DNA of 64,000 nucleotides from Octopus sinensis (taxonomy: Eukaryota), in NCBI RefSeq assembly GCF_006345805.1, contig NC_042997.1:202430001-202494000 (forward strand), read 5' to 3'. This document shows positions 1 through 13,500 of the stretch, in pieces. Under the pieces are notes generated by a model, which searched no databases, was not told where the DNA came from, and saw only the letters and a list, made by a program, of their open reading frames with translations. Numbering within the stretch: the stretch's first letter is position 1; each line of letters opens with the position of its first letter. The translations under genes and the position numbers were made by a program.

Positions 1-1838
1 ACTTACATGTCTGCTCTCTGCTCTTTCTTTTAACCTTTTATAACAAGTTGTAGCACACCTGAACTCCATATGCAATAAGCTCATCATCATCATCATCACC
101 ACCACCACCACCACCATCATCATCATCATTGTGGTGAGCTGGTGGAATTGTGAGAGCATCAGGAAAAAATACTTTGCACCATTCCTTCTAACTCATTATG
201 CTCTGTGTTCAAATCCTGCCAAGTTCAAGTTTACCTTTCATCCTTTTGAGGTCAATACAATAAGTATTGATCAAATACTGGAGTCAATGCAATCGGCTAA
301 AACCCTCCCCTAAAATTGCTGGCCTTGTGCCAAGATTTGAAGCCATTGTTATTAATATAGTTTTTCTTCTAATCTGTATGTTTGATGTAATCACTTGTCA
401 GGACATACCTAGTACCCCAGGGTAGGTGACAGTTAAAAGATGTTGAAATATAAATGAAAACTTGGGGAGGGTGAGTGGGGAAGGCAATACAGAAATACAT
501 TTATATAATACAAAACAAACATTTCAACTGGTAGGGTTTTTCTAAGGCTGTGGCTGGTACTTGTCAGCAAAATCGTCTGGACTTCTATGAGATATGGTTC
601 TCCTGGGATGTTTCTGACATCTTTATTTTTATCCATACCTAGGGCATCTACAATAACTATTATTATCATCATCCACACAATTTTGTGTACCTTTGTGTCA
701 AAATATTAACATCTCTTGCTTTCTCTCTCTCTCTTTCTTTCTCTCTCTCTCTTTCTTTCTTTCCCTCTCTCTCTCTCTCTCTATCTCTCTGAATACCACC
801 AAGTTCGATGGAATTTGTAGAAGCAGATTTTCTATGGCCAGATACCCTTCCTCTCACCATCCTTCATCAGTTTCCAAGCAAAGTAATACTCCCCACTATG
901 ACCAGGCATGGTTTTCACAAGAAACTGGAATCAAACTACATCACTAGTTTCCTGATGCTCATTTATAAACATCACATGATGTCATAACAAAGGCACACAC
1001 AAACACTTGCACACACACACACAAACACTCATACACATACACAAACACATGCATACACAAACACTCACACACACACACATACAAACACTCACACAGGCAA
1101 TGGAATCACAGACATTCACAAACACTCACACAACAGGCTTCTTCCAGTCTCTGTCTGCCAAATCCTCTCCTGAGGCACTTGCCCAAAGTGTCACACCATA
1201 GGATTGAACCCCAAACCTTATGTTTAGGAAGCGAGCTTCTTAACCACATTTGCACTTCAATAGCCACATAAATCTTTTATCTTCCTTTTGTCGAAACTAA
1301 ACTCATATTAATTAATGGCACTCGTTTGATATTAATCACAGAGAATTTCTAGCCACGATCTTCTGACAAATAACTCTGTTGAATATGGATTCTCTTTTGT
1401 ACTTGTTGTTGTTTTACCATATCACCCCCACCCCTCCACTCCCAAGCATGTCATTTTCCATCAGTAATTAATCAGTTATTAACATTTGTATGTTATTCTT
1501 CTAACGAGATAATCAAGATGATGCTCAGATCTTATCATAAATTTTATCACGCATTCATTTGTCCAATATCTTCCAATCTTATACCTGCTGGTTATATATC
1601 GTTAGAGAACTCACATTTAGTGGTGGTGGTCATCATCATTATAGCATCCACTTTTCCATGATTGCATGGGTCAGATGGAACATTCTACAGCCAGATGCCC
1701 TTCTTGTCACCAGCCCTTACCTGTTTCCCAGCAAGGTTATAATTACCTTTTGGCCAGACATGTTTAACATGAAAAACTGGAAATGAACAGCAATGATCAT
1801 GGACTTTACGACCATGATATCAAGGGCACACACACATA

Positions 1839-1924
<86 letters not shown>

Positions 1925-1965
1925 CATCCACACGCATATACATAACAGGCTTCTTTTAGTTTCTT

Positions 1966-2869
1966 ATTTCTTTATTGCCCACAAGGGCAATAAAGAGGGT
2001 ACAAACAAGGACAGACAAACGGATTAAGTCGATTATATCGACCACAGTGCACAACTGGTACTTAATTTATCGACCCTGAAAGGATGAAAGGCAAAGTCGA
2101 CCTCGGCGGAATTTGAACTCAGAACGTAGCTACAGACAAAATACCTATTTCTTTACTACCCACAAGGGGACAAACAAGGACAGACACACGGATTAAGTCG
2201 ATTATATCGACCACGGTGCACAACTGGTACTTAATTTATCGACCCTGAAAGGATGAAAGGCAAAGTCGACCTCGGCGGAATTTGAACTCAGAACGTAGCT
2301 ACAGACAAAATACCTATTTCTTTACTACCCACAAGGGGACAAACAAGGACAGACACACGGATTAAGTCGATTATATCGACCACAGTGCACAACTGGTACT
2401 TAATTTATCGACCCTGAAAGGATGAAAGGCAAAGTCGACCTCGCGGAATTTGAACTCAGAACGTAGCTACAGACAAAATACCTATTTCTTTACTACCCAC
2501 AAGGGGACAAACAAGGACAGACACACGGATTAAGTCGATTATATCGACCACAGTGCACAACTGGTACTTAATTTATCGACCCTGAAAGGATGAAAGGCAA
2601 AGTCGACCTCGGCGGAATTTGAACTCAGAACGTAGCTACAGACAAAATACCTATTTCTTTACTACCCACAAGGGGACAAACAAGGACAGACACACGGATT
2701 AAGTCGATTATATCGACCCCAGTGCACAACTGGTACTTAATTTATCGACCCTGAAAGGATGAAAGGCAAAGTCGACCTCGGCGGAATTTGAACTCAGAAC
2801 GTAGCTGCAGACAAAATACCGCTAGGCATTTCGCCCGGCGTGCTAACGTTTCTGCCAGCTCGCCACCTT
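1966..2869 (-). repeat. Tandem array of five ~169-bp units derived from SINE family 1 (one headed copy + four headless copies)
   Basis: agaacgtagct anchor at 2121, 2290, 2458, 2627 and 2796 (spacing 169/168/169/169); tRNA-like head only on the 2796-2869 unit. Confidence 0.92.
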
Positions 2870-3097
2870 CTTTCAATTTCTGTCAACTAAAAACTTTTGT
2901 CCCAGGTACCGCTCAGTGAGACTGAATCTATGTGGTCGGGAAGCAAACTTCTTAACCACACAACTGTACACGTGCTCATGGTGATATCTCTATAAGTAAG
3001 AGAACTTATATCTATCGATGGTGTTCTTATACCATGTTAGAGAACTTATCCTACAGTTATATATACACTTATACTTCAAATTGATTAACATTGGCCA

Positions 3098-3141
<44 letters not shown>

Positions 3142-3743
3142 CCTCCAGTAGAAGTCGGTTCGAAATATCTGTTTTTGATATTGATTGAACACTGTTCAAT
3201 ATTCTCCATAGACTGGAATTATTTTGACAATATTGAGTTGGAAGTATTAAAACTTTGTTTCTACAGATTGTTTTGTCAATATTTATTTATCTGTTCCATA
3301 AAGAAGAAGAAGAAGAAGATGGTCAATAAGAGAAAACACAAGACATGATATTTCATTGTGGCTAGTTCAGTTTTTATTGTAACTAGTACAGTACCTTATT
3401 GTTCTGTAACAAAGATATATTTCTGGCTGGTTGACAGACGAACAAAAGTTTGTGTGATGCTCCAAACACAAAATACTTATATATTATTAACGAAAAATGT
3501 TGTTATTGTGACAAATGACAGAAAAATTACATTTAAGCCAAGCGAGTCAGTCGGTGTGTAGCCATGAGAAATGTGTATCAGCAATGACAGGAGCTGTTAG
3601 AGGCATAGATTCTTGCAGTTATACCCCTCATCTCTGCACCCCTGATAAATAGGTTAACAGTCAGTTGATTATTGTTGTTATTAATCCTCAGGTAGGATCT
3701 GATTAAGCAGACCTATTTTCAGAAGTATCCCAGCCATTCCAGT

Positions 3744-3907
<164 letters not shown>

Positions 3908-4285
3908 AATGATGTATCTAGAATTACATTCTCTAAAATGTCTTTAAGACAGCAAGATTGTTTTGAGGAAGGTTTGGCTACTATATTTTCAGCAGCTTGA
4001 GTGACATCCTAGAAGCTCCCCAACCCATCCCAGCTGGTTGTTTTAGATTGCACTCAGGGTGTTCCTGTATGTCATACAGCTTCACATTGTGGTTGCTTCT
4101 TCATTCCTTGAAGACACGTACTCTGGTGTATCCATTTGACTTTAGTCCTGGCATATCCATACCAATTTCTCTCACACTAACATTTCCAGCATCTTTGAGA
4201 AAATTCTCGCAATGTACATATAAAAACTGATCAAAACTTCAATACATATCTAACATTTTTTTTTCTCTTTTCTCTTCTAAATCAG

Positions 4286-4377
4286 GAAACACGTTTAAGA
4301 TTACAAACAATGGTGACCTTACGTTGAATGAAATTCTTGACCGAGAAACAGTGAATATCTACAACTTGACCATTTTG
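4286..4377 (+). CDS. Cadherin exon A (first in window): NTFKITNNGDLTLNEILDRETVNIYNLTIL
   Basis: ttctaaatcAG acceptor, GTAAGA donor at 4378; LDRE motif; starts phase 1, ends phase 0. Confidence 0.9.
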
Positions 4378-7300
4378 GTAAGATTTTTTTTTTTGTTTTT
4401 TTTTTTTGTTACTTAAATTTTCACATGGGAACAGACACAATAAAACCAACAGATTTATATTGAATTAAGGTTCATGATTAACTGACCAATGGAAAGAAGG
4501 GGTCAGCAATTTGTTTTCATAATGGTTCACTTTCAATGTTTTACTCTTTCCCATAACCCGTGTAATATTTATATCATACCTTAGCAGTAACTCTGTCTTG
4601 AACCCTACAAGTCATCGAGCTGGTGACCCAGTTTCCATGGCGTATGACTGAGATCACAAAAGTGTTCCTCCACCACCACCAAATCTGAACAGGATGCTAG
4701 TTCATTGCTGGGTTACTCATCTGCGGCTAAGTGGACAGGAGCAACATAAAATGAAGTGTTTTGCTCCAGTACACTATGCCTTATCCAGTTCGGGAATCAA
4801 AACATCTTCACATCATATCTTACATAAAAAAATATCTTTGCATATCTACCATCTTCTATTTCCAAGAGAACCTCTCAGATTCATCTGTGAACTGTGGCCC
4901 ACCTGTTATCAACCTCTTGATAACAGGTGGGCTGCAGATCATGGGAGTTGAAATAATTGAGAGCTGGATTACTCCCCCTTATTTTCTTTAGTTATGTCTC
5001 TTTAAGTGTTTCTGATTTTTGTTTTTTTTATATCATCATCATCGTTTAACGTCCGCTTTCCATGCTAGCATGGGTTGGACGGTTCAACTGGGGTCTGGGA
5101 ATACTAGCAGAGATACCCGACGTTGCTCGGAATAAAAATCGTATAGTTTGTATATATAAAATTTTGTGCTGCATCTGAGAAAGTAACTGTTAGTTCATGT
5201 TATATATGTGTTTACGTATGTGTATGTATATGTGTAAATGCGTATGCATGCATATATGTGTGTACATGTGTTGAGCACATGATCTCAGATTAAGACACTT
5301 GCTATACAAATACATCTCTGTAAATAGAAAAATTATCTCTATGAAATGTCATTGTTTTAATCAAAATGAAAATAAAATTTCGTATTGACATTGACCAGCC
5401 CTCACATACATATAGTGTGTTTAATAACATAACTTACAGAGAAAGACACAGACAGGTGGTGAGCTGGCAGAAATGATAGCATGCCGGGCAAAATGCTTAG
5501 CGGTATTTCGTCTGCCACTACATTCTGAGTTCAAATTCCGCCAAGGTCAACTTTGCCTTTCATCTTTTTGAGGTTGATTAAATAAGTACCAGTTATGCAC
5601 TGGGTCGATATAATTGACTTAATCCATTTGTCTGTCATTGTTTGTCCCCTCTGTGTGTAGCCCCTTGTGGGCAGTTAAGAAATAATACATTCACAGACAG
5701 ATACACAGTCATATACAAAATATGATGTCGTTGTCGTCAGAATTAAAAACAGAAATATAAAAGTGAAATGATATATCACATTACAATATAGATGTTATTT
5801 TTTCACTTTTATTCTTTGAGTTTTGACACATAATACGGAACCAGTGCCAATATTGCATTGTTTTAATTCAAAAACCTTACATGTTGACACTCACAGGGTC
5901 TGATAGTATTACCATGTAAAATTTGATTTGATTTGGTTGAAACGTTTGAGATATATATATATAGATTATATGATAATGATGTAACTAACAAGTTCAGCAA
6001 ATAAAATAACATTAGTAAAATCAATATCATCTTTACTAGTTTGAATGCAATTAGCAAAGAGGGAAGCTTGGTAAAGTAACCTTTCATCACCAACAAGGGT
6101 AATGAGATCACAAAATTTTGGCATCACAAAACGAAACAACATGAAATATGATAAACTATGTCCACTGTCTTTGTCATTGTATATAATTGTCATGAAAGTT
6201 TATACAGCATGGCACTGTGCTTTCATATTGATAATCTACGTGAAATTGGTGGTCGTGGGATCTGTTAAAGAAATTAATGTTTGCAGTACACTTCAATCAT
6301 TGGGTAATGAACTGTGCTTGAGAAGACCTGTTGAGTCAAGTGAAATCATTGTCGTGGGCAATGCTAGTACTGCCTGACTGGCAACGATCACGCTTGATTA
6401 ATGAATAAATTTTCATTAATTTTATAGAAGAATTAAAAGCAGCATAAAAGTATTTCCATATAAAAGTATGTATACTGGAACAGGCATGGCTGTGTGGTTA
6501 AGCAACTTGCTTCCCAACCAAACTACTTACCACACAGCCACTCCTACACCTACATTCAAATGCCTGAAACAAGTGAAAGAATTGTATGTAGAAGCCATTT
6601 TTTCCTAATATTACCCATGGCAACAAAATTATGCTTTGAAAATTCGCCATTGTATGATGGGCAAAACATAAAACTCTAATTATTTATATATATATATACA
6701 TAAATCCAAAATTAAAAACAAAAACAACAAAAGTCAATTGAACATTCACACTGAATATATTAGATTGATGATCAGTGAAAGTTTTAAATGGAAAAATAGG
6801 AGTGGCATGGTTGATGCCATCCCCCTGTGCCAGTGACACATAAAAAAAGCACCCACTACACTCTCAGAGTGGTTGGCGTTTGGAAGGGCATCCAGCTGTA
6901 GAAACTCTGCCAGATCAGACTGGAGCCTAGTGCAGCCTCCAAGCTTCCCAGACCCCAGTCGAACCGTCCAACCCATGCCAGCATGGAGAACATACATTAA
7001 ACGATGATGATGACATATTTGTATATATATATATATATTCAGAGGACTATGGTACTTAAGTTGAGGCACCAGAATTTAGTACAGTATTATCCATACAATT
7101 TCAAAGCAAGGTGATTAAAATCAAAATAGGTAACAAGGATATCCAGAGGTAATGCAGTATGATTACGTCATGCAACTCCATTTAATTGAACAATGCAATC
7201 ATTACATCAATTTAAAATGCAGAACAATCTTCAGCTGCACAAAGACATAGAATTTAATTAAATTAAAACAGATGGACACATTAGTATAATTATACGTAAA

Positions 7301-7528
7301 ATCTCCAAGAAAATTATACTTAAAATCTCTTCTTGGAGATTTTAGGTATAATTATACTCAATGTGTCCGTCTGTTCTAATTTAATTAAATTCTATGTCTT
7401 TGTGCAGCTGAAGATTGCTCTGCATTTTAAATTGATGTAATGATTGCTTTGTTCAATTAAATGGAGTTGCATGAAACCATCATACTGCATTACCTCTGGA
7501 TATCCTTGCTGCTTATTTTGATTATATG

Positions 7529-7561
<33 letters not shown>

Positions 7562-10500
7562 CTACATGTATTATTGACAGTGACTTCAAAGAAAAATTTA
7601 TTTTATTATAACTGATCATAAAAGCAAACATTAATGTGTGTATCTGTTTATGTACTTGCACAACAGAATTCTGTACAATTTTCACATACTGAATTCTATG
7701 AAAGAAGATACCTGACCAAGATGTCACACAATGGAATTGTAATCAGAACTAAGTGGTTAAAATCCAAACTTCTTAAATACCACAGCCCACAATTTTTTTT
7801 TTCTTTAAAAAAATAACTGTTCTACCATTTAGTAAAATGGTAGAACAGTAGAAACACAAATATCTTTGAGTAGTTAGTTCCATTCCTCAATATTCTTAGT
7901 TCAAATCCCCCAAGATCAGCCTTACTTTTCGTCTCTCTCTGGAGAGTTTTATAAAATATGTGCTATTCATGTGCTAAAGTCAATACAATTCACTCGATTC
8001 CTGCTGTACAAATGCCTGGCTGTTTGCCAATGTAACCAATCAATATATTCTGTTTAATAAAGCAAATTTATTGTTTCCTACTGGAGAACATAGTTAGTGA
8101 GGCAATATGAGACTAGTAAAGACATACTGGAACAAACACTGTAAATGAAGAAAAGTCAACTTGATTCCATCAAAAATATTTACTAAACAGAATGGTAAAA
8201 GATTATTTTTTATTGAAGTTACTTTTACCTATTTCCAAGATACCTTATACACACACACATCCTCATTTAACATTCATTTTTTTTTATACTGGCATGGATT
8301 GGATCTGACACACCTCAAGACTGCATGAAACTTCAGCATCTGCTTTGGCATGGTTTCTATGACTAGATGCTCTTCCTAACACCAACCGCTTTGCAGTAAG
8401 CACTAAGTGCTTTTTTCATGTCACCAGCACTACTAAGATTACCATGAAACTCACAACTAAGTTATTTGAGAGAGGAGGTGGTAGCTTTATGCCAAGTGTT
8501 AAATGGCTTAAATACGATAGAGGGATAAGCACAGGTGTCTTGCTACAGAGGAGGTACATAGCTATCCCACACATATAAACCCACAACAGTTATATACAGA
8601 AATCAAAAAATATTTACATACATCTATATTCTTTTCTCCTCTAGGCACAAGGCCCAAAATTTTGGGGGAGGGGAGCAGTCAATTAGATAGACCCTAGTAC
8701 ACAACTGGTACTTAATTTATCAACCCTGAAAGGATGAAAGGCAAAGTCAACCTCGTCAGAATTTGAACTCAGATCATAAAGACAGACGAAATACCTATTT
8801 CTTTACTACCCACAAGGGGCTAAACACAGAGAGGACAAACAAGGACAGACAAAGGGATTAAGTCGATTATATCGACCTTAGTGTGTAACTGGTACTTACT
8901 TAATCAACCCCGAAAGGATGAAAGGCAAAGTCGACCTCAGCTGAATTTGAACTCAGAATGTAGCAGCAGATGAAATACCACTAAGCGTTTTGCCCGGCGT
9001 GCTAACATTTCTGCCAGCTCACTGCCTTCCAATTTATATACATATATAAACACACAGATGACAGGTTTCTTCCAGTTTCTGTCAACCAAATCCACTCGTA
9101 AGGTTTGGTTGACCCAGTATTGAACCCAAGAGCTTTTGGTTAGGAAGCAAGCTTCTTAACTAATCAGCCACACCTGCAATTGATATCCACATCACATGAT
9201 CAACCAGACTTTTAGATGTTGCTATACACAATGTGCTTTGCGTTGTTTTAGGTTTTGAATGATGCCACCTTGCTGGGTAGGTGGGCAGGCAAACATTCCC
9301 CTGATCAGAAGCCTAATCTGTCACAGGGTTACCATTTACAGCTGAGTGAACTGGAGCAACATGAAATGAAGTGCTTTGCCCAAGAACACAACACCCATCC
9401 AGCCTGAAAATCAAAACCACAATTCCATAATCACGAGTGCAATACCCTAACCACTTGGCCAAATAAACTTCCACATATATGTACACATATAAACATTTAC
9501 GTGTACACACCCATATAAACCCACACATGTACATCCACCCATATACTATTCACATTTGTAACAGCAGAAATAAGTTTTGGTGTAGTTACCAGTTGTAATG
9601 GTAGAAATTGAATAGGTAAACATTATTATTGATGATGTTGGTGGAGGCAGTGGTAACAATAAAGATTTGTTGTTATAATTGCATACTGTAGGATGTGAAG
9701 GATGAACAATATATGAAGTTTTAAGGAAATGTTTACTTACTGTTACGTTAGAATACCTTGCCTTGATGGGTAGGCTTTGATACATCCAAAAGCATGTGAA
9801 GTAAAGTTTGGGTTCTCTTCATTGTTTATAGTTGTAATTCACAGATAGCAATAGAATGATGTTGTAAGAGACCAGGATTAGAGCTAGAGAGAATTATAGG
9901 GTGTTGTCTCACAGTTGCTTTCCCCCTCTGACCAAGGTTGGTCAGCCGGCCTCGTTAAGTCATCATGATGTGACTGACTGGTTTTTGCTTGGGGTGTTCT
10001 TGCTTTTATAACTATCCAGAAGGATAGATATATCATTGAGAACAATAGATTTAGTTGGTGGTCTTGTTATCTATTCTAGCTTTTGGTGAAGTAGAAGAGG
10101 TTAGAAAGGGTCAAGTGGTGAAGATATTATTTCGGCCTAGCTAAAGGCATCTGGAAAATGTAAAACTGGTGTCAGAGAAAAACCATTGTTCCACCGGGGG
10201 AAAAGTTCTGTAGCAGTGTTGATTTAAATTTGGCTATGTTGGATTGAATCCACTTCATGCATGCAGGATTCGCTACACATTCATTAATTAAAATCCTGTT
10301 AATGTTGATCTCCCTTAATATGGTTTTATTATATAATTAATATTCAATGTTATTTTTCAGGTTCAAGATGGTGGTGACCCTCAGCTTAATGGGACGTGTT
10401 CAGCCATTGTATCAGTGGAAGATGTCAACGATAATGACCCAGTCTTTGAACAGCCCCAATATAACGCTGCAGTTCGGGAAGAAGCACCACCGTATCAATC

Positions 10501-13500
10501 GGTAAGTTCTCTCTCAGAAATATCTAAGAGAAGATGTTAGGTTTAACCATCAACTGGCAAGCCATCAGTTACAACATTGAGGGTTCCAGCTGATGTGATC
10601 AACAGAACAACCTGCTCATGGAATTAAGGTGCAAGTGGCATTAATGTAGTTTTGGGGGTGATTCAGCATGACAAGAGTGGCCCTTGTTTGCCAGCTGAGT
10701 GGACTGCTGTAATGTGAAATAAAATGTCTTGCTCAAGGACAGAACACGTCACCAGGAATCAAACTCATGACGTTATGATCATGAGCCAAATACTTCTAAC
10801 CACTAAGCCACTGAGTGGTCATCCAGTTTGTATTGCTACAACATCTGAACGGAAATTATGTGCAGCTGCAATCAGAAATGTCTACATTACAACTAAAATT
10901 TGGTTTGGAAATATCTTATCTTATTTTTTAAGAAAGTTTGTTGTTATTATTCTAGATACAGGTTATATTCATGTCACAGATATTATCATTATTTAATGTC
11001 CATTTTCCATTCTGGCATCAGTTGGATGGTTTGACAGAGGCTGGTGAGACAGAGGACTGTGTCATACTTCAATGTCTGCTTTAGCTTCGTTTTTGTGTCT
11101 GGATCTCCAGTTGAATGCCAACCACTTTACAGAGTGTACTGGGTGTGTTTTTATGTGGCTCTGGCACTAGAGAGGTTACCGAGTAACTTACTAGGGAAGA
11201 CACCCCAAATGAGTTGGGGTTGTGTGTTGAAGGGAGGTGACTTTGTGCCAGATGAGGAGAAGTTAGTTTGATAAGGAGGACAGGAACAGGTGTCATGCTG
11301 TGGGGGAAATACATGGTTACCCCAGTCAGAAGATGGTGATGAAGTCAGGGTGTACCCACGAGTTACAGGAAAGTAAACTGAATATAAATGGTATGGGTGG
11401 GTGAGTTAGTTTGTAAGGGGTAAGTGGAGGTAAGGATCATTTGTGAATATCAGTTGGAGGATGTGAAGTGAGTGAGGGTGGTGTGTGAGAGTGATGCACA
11501 GAGCTTGGGGCAAAGTCAGAAGTAACAAGAAGGGAAGAGGGTCACTGGCAAAATGTGGGTTTGTAGAGAGAAAAGAGAAGTGAAAATGGTGTTCAGTGTA
11601 ATAAGGAGGTAAGGGAAGATATGAGGGCACATTTAGCTGGAAGTGGTCTCAATCACAGGAACTGAATGGACAGTCCTGTAATTAGAAGTGGGATGAACAG
11701 ATGGGTGTTAGGAAAATGTGTGAGGGATGGGTGATAGGAAGATTGGTTGCAGTGTAGGAGAGAAGGAAGGTTTGTCTTCGTTATAGTGGGTGCAGGGACA
11801 TCTCCAGTTTTAACACTTGATTCATCGTGCCTACATGACTCCTGCACTGCTCATCGCCATTCAACACAGTTCTTTGCCGTCTCTGTGAGACAACTATTTC
11901 AAATTAGTTTTCTTCCTTTGGTCCATACCTTTCTCAGTCTCCATATTCCACAGATTCTGTTCACTTTGAGCGCGTGGTTCTTATTTTCCGTACCCCCATC
12001 ACATACCTGTTCCAAGCCAGTTTTCTCTCGTTACCCCTCTTTCCTTCAGATACAAACACGCTCTCAGGTTTCTCCCTTCTCGCTGTTCTCCGTTTATTCC
12101 TAGTTTCAAGGGAACTAACTCTTTATTGAATCCGACAAGAGGAAAAAGCCGCTACGATTATGTCCCTTGTATCTGTAACCCGTAATTACGAGAACTGCTA
12201 CTAACATTCTTGAATATTTTATTTTATGTATGGGAAAGAAAACGGACAACGATTTTAATCCGATGATTTTGACCATCATTTAGTAAAGTAGTCAATGCAT
12301 TTTAAATGGGTGAAATCACATGGTTCCAGGTTTTGCAACACTGTGCAAGTGTCTTCTTCCATGTGCACACTCTTCACGTCCGAAAATCTTTGCATGTAAA
12401 AATAATAATAATAATAATAATTGTGTACAGTGCTCAGGTGCACTACAACTCATCTAAAGTGTATAATAATCAGGTGTAGTTTCGACGGATTTCGGGAAGC
12501 ATGAGGGCTTAAAGGATGCAGTTCATGGCAGTCAAAAACTGATGCAGGCAGTTTATTCCACGCTTCAGCAACCCTGAGCGTGAAAAAATGTTTCCAAAAG
12601 TCATGGGAGCTGTGCTGTTTTCTGACTTTGTAGGCATGTCCAGGTGTTAGACACATGGAGATCAAAAAGGTGTTCAGTGTTGTTGTTGGTGAGGTGGTTG
12701 ATAACCTTGTGTGTGTTTACAAGTCCGTCGCCAGACGCCGGAGCTTCAGTGAATCCATGCCAGGGAAACAAGGCGCTCAGAATATGGTGGGTGTCTGATG
12801 GAGGGTATGCGTTTGGTTGCACGTCTCTGGACAGATTCCAGGAGGTCAATGTTCTGAGCAAGATAGGGATTCCAAACTGATGATGCGAATTCCAAGTGTG
12901 GTCGTACATAGCTGTATACAGTTTAAATAGATGGCTGGAGAGCGGCTAACAAAAGTCGCTGAGTGATGCCAAGACACCCTCGGCCTTCTTGACAATTTTA
13001 GAGATATGCTTTGTCCAACGCAAATCACTGCTGACAGTGATGCCTAGGTCACGCTCGCAAGAGGATTTCTTGATATCAGTGTTGTGGAGGGAGTATGTGG
13101 ACGCAGGGTTTTTCTCCCAAATGCATGGTGGTACACTTGTCCACAGCCAGTTTCAGTTGCCAGTCTGTGATCCATTGCTGCATTGTTCTAGGTCTGATTG
13201 CAGGAAAGAGTTGTAGACATCAGGATCAGTCCTCTTGATTTCAAGGTACAGCTTGATGTCGTCTGCATATTTCAATACTGTGGCATTCTTTAAATTGGCA
13301 TCTATGTCATTATTGTATGCCACAAACAGGAGGGGACCAAGGACAGATCCCTGTGGTACACCCGATGACATCTCATATGGTGTAGAGTGCTGTCCTAGAA
13401 CTGTGACTACCTCCTTTCGGCTGAGGATGAAGGATTTCAACCAGTTAAAAAGGTCATCCCCCACACCCATTGCAGAGAGTTTCACCATAAGCCTTTGTGT

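Noticed and set aside
1966-2869. Regularly spaced repeats resembling a CRISPR array
   Set aside because: Units are contiguous 169-bp SINE pieces with no unique spacers; the context is eukaryotic with no cas genes.
9780-10330. Higher-complexity stretch before exon B, possibly a retroelement relic
   Set aside because: I could not recover a diagnostic motif in any frame, so it is left unannotated.
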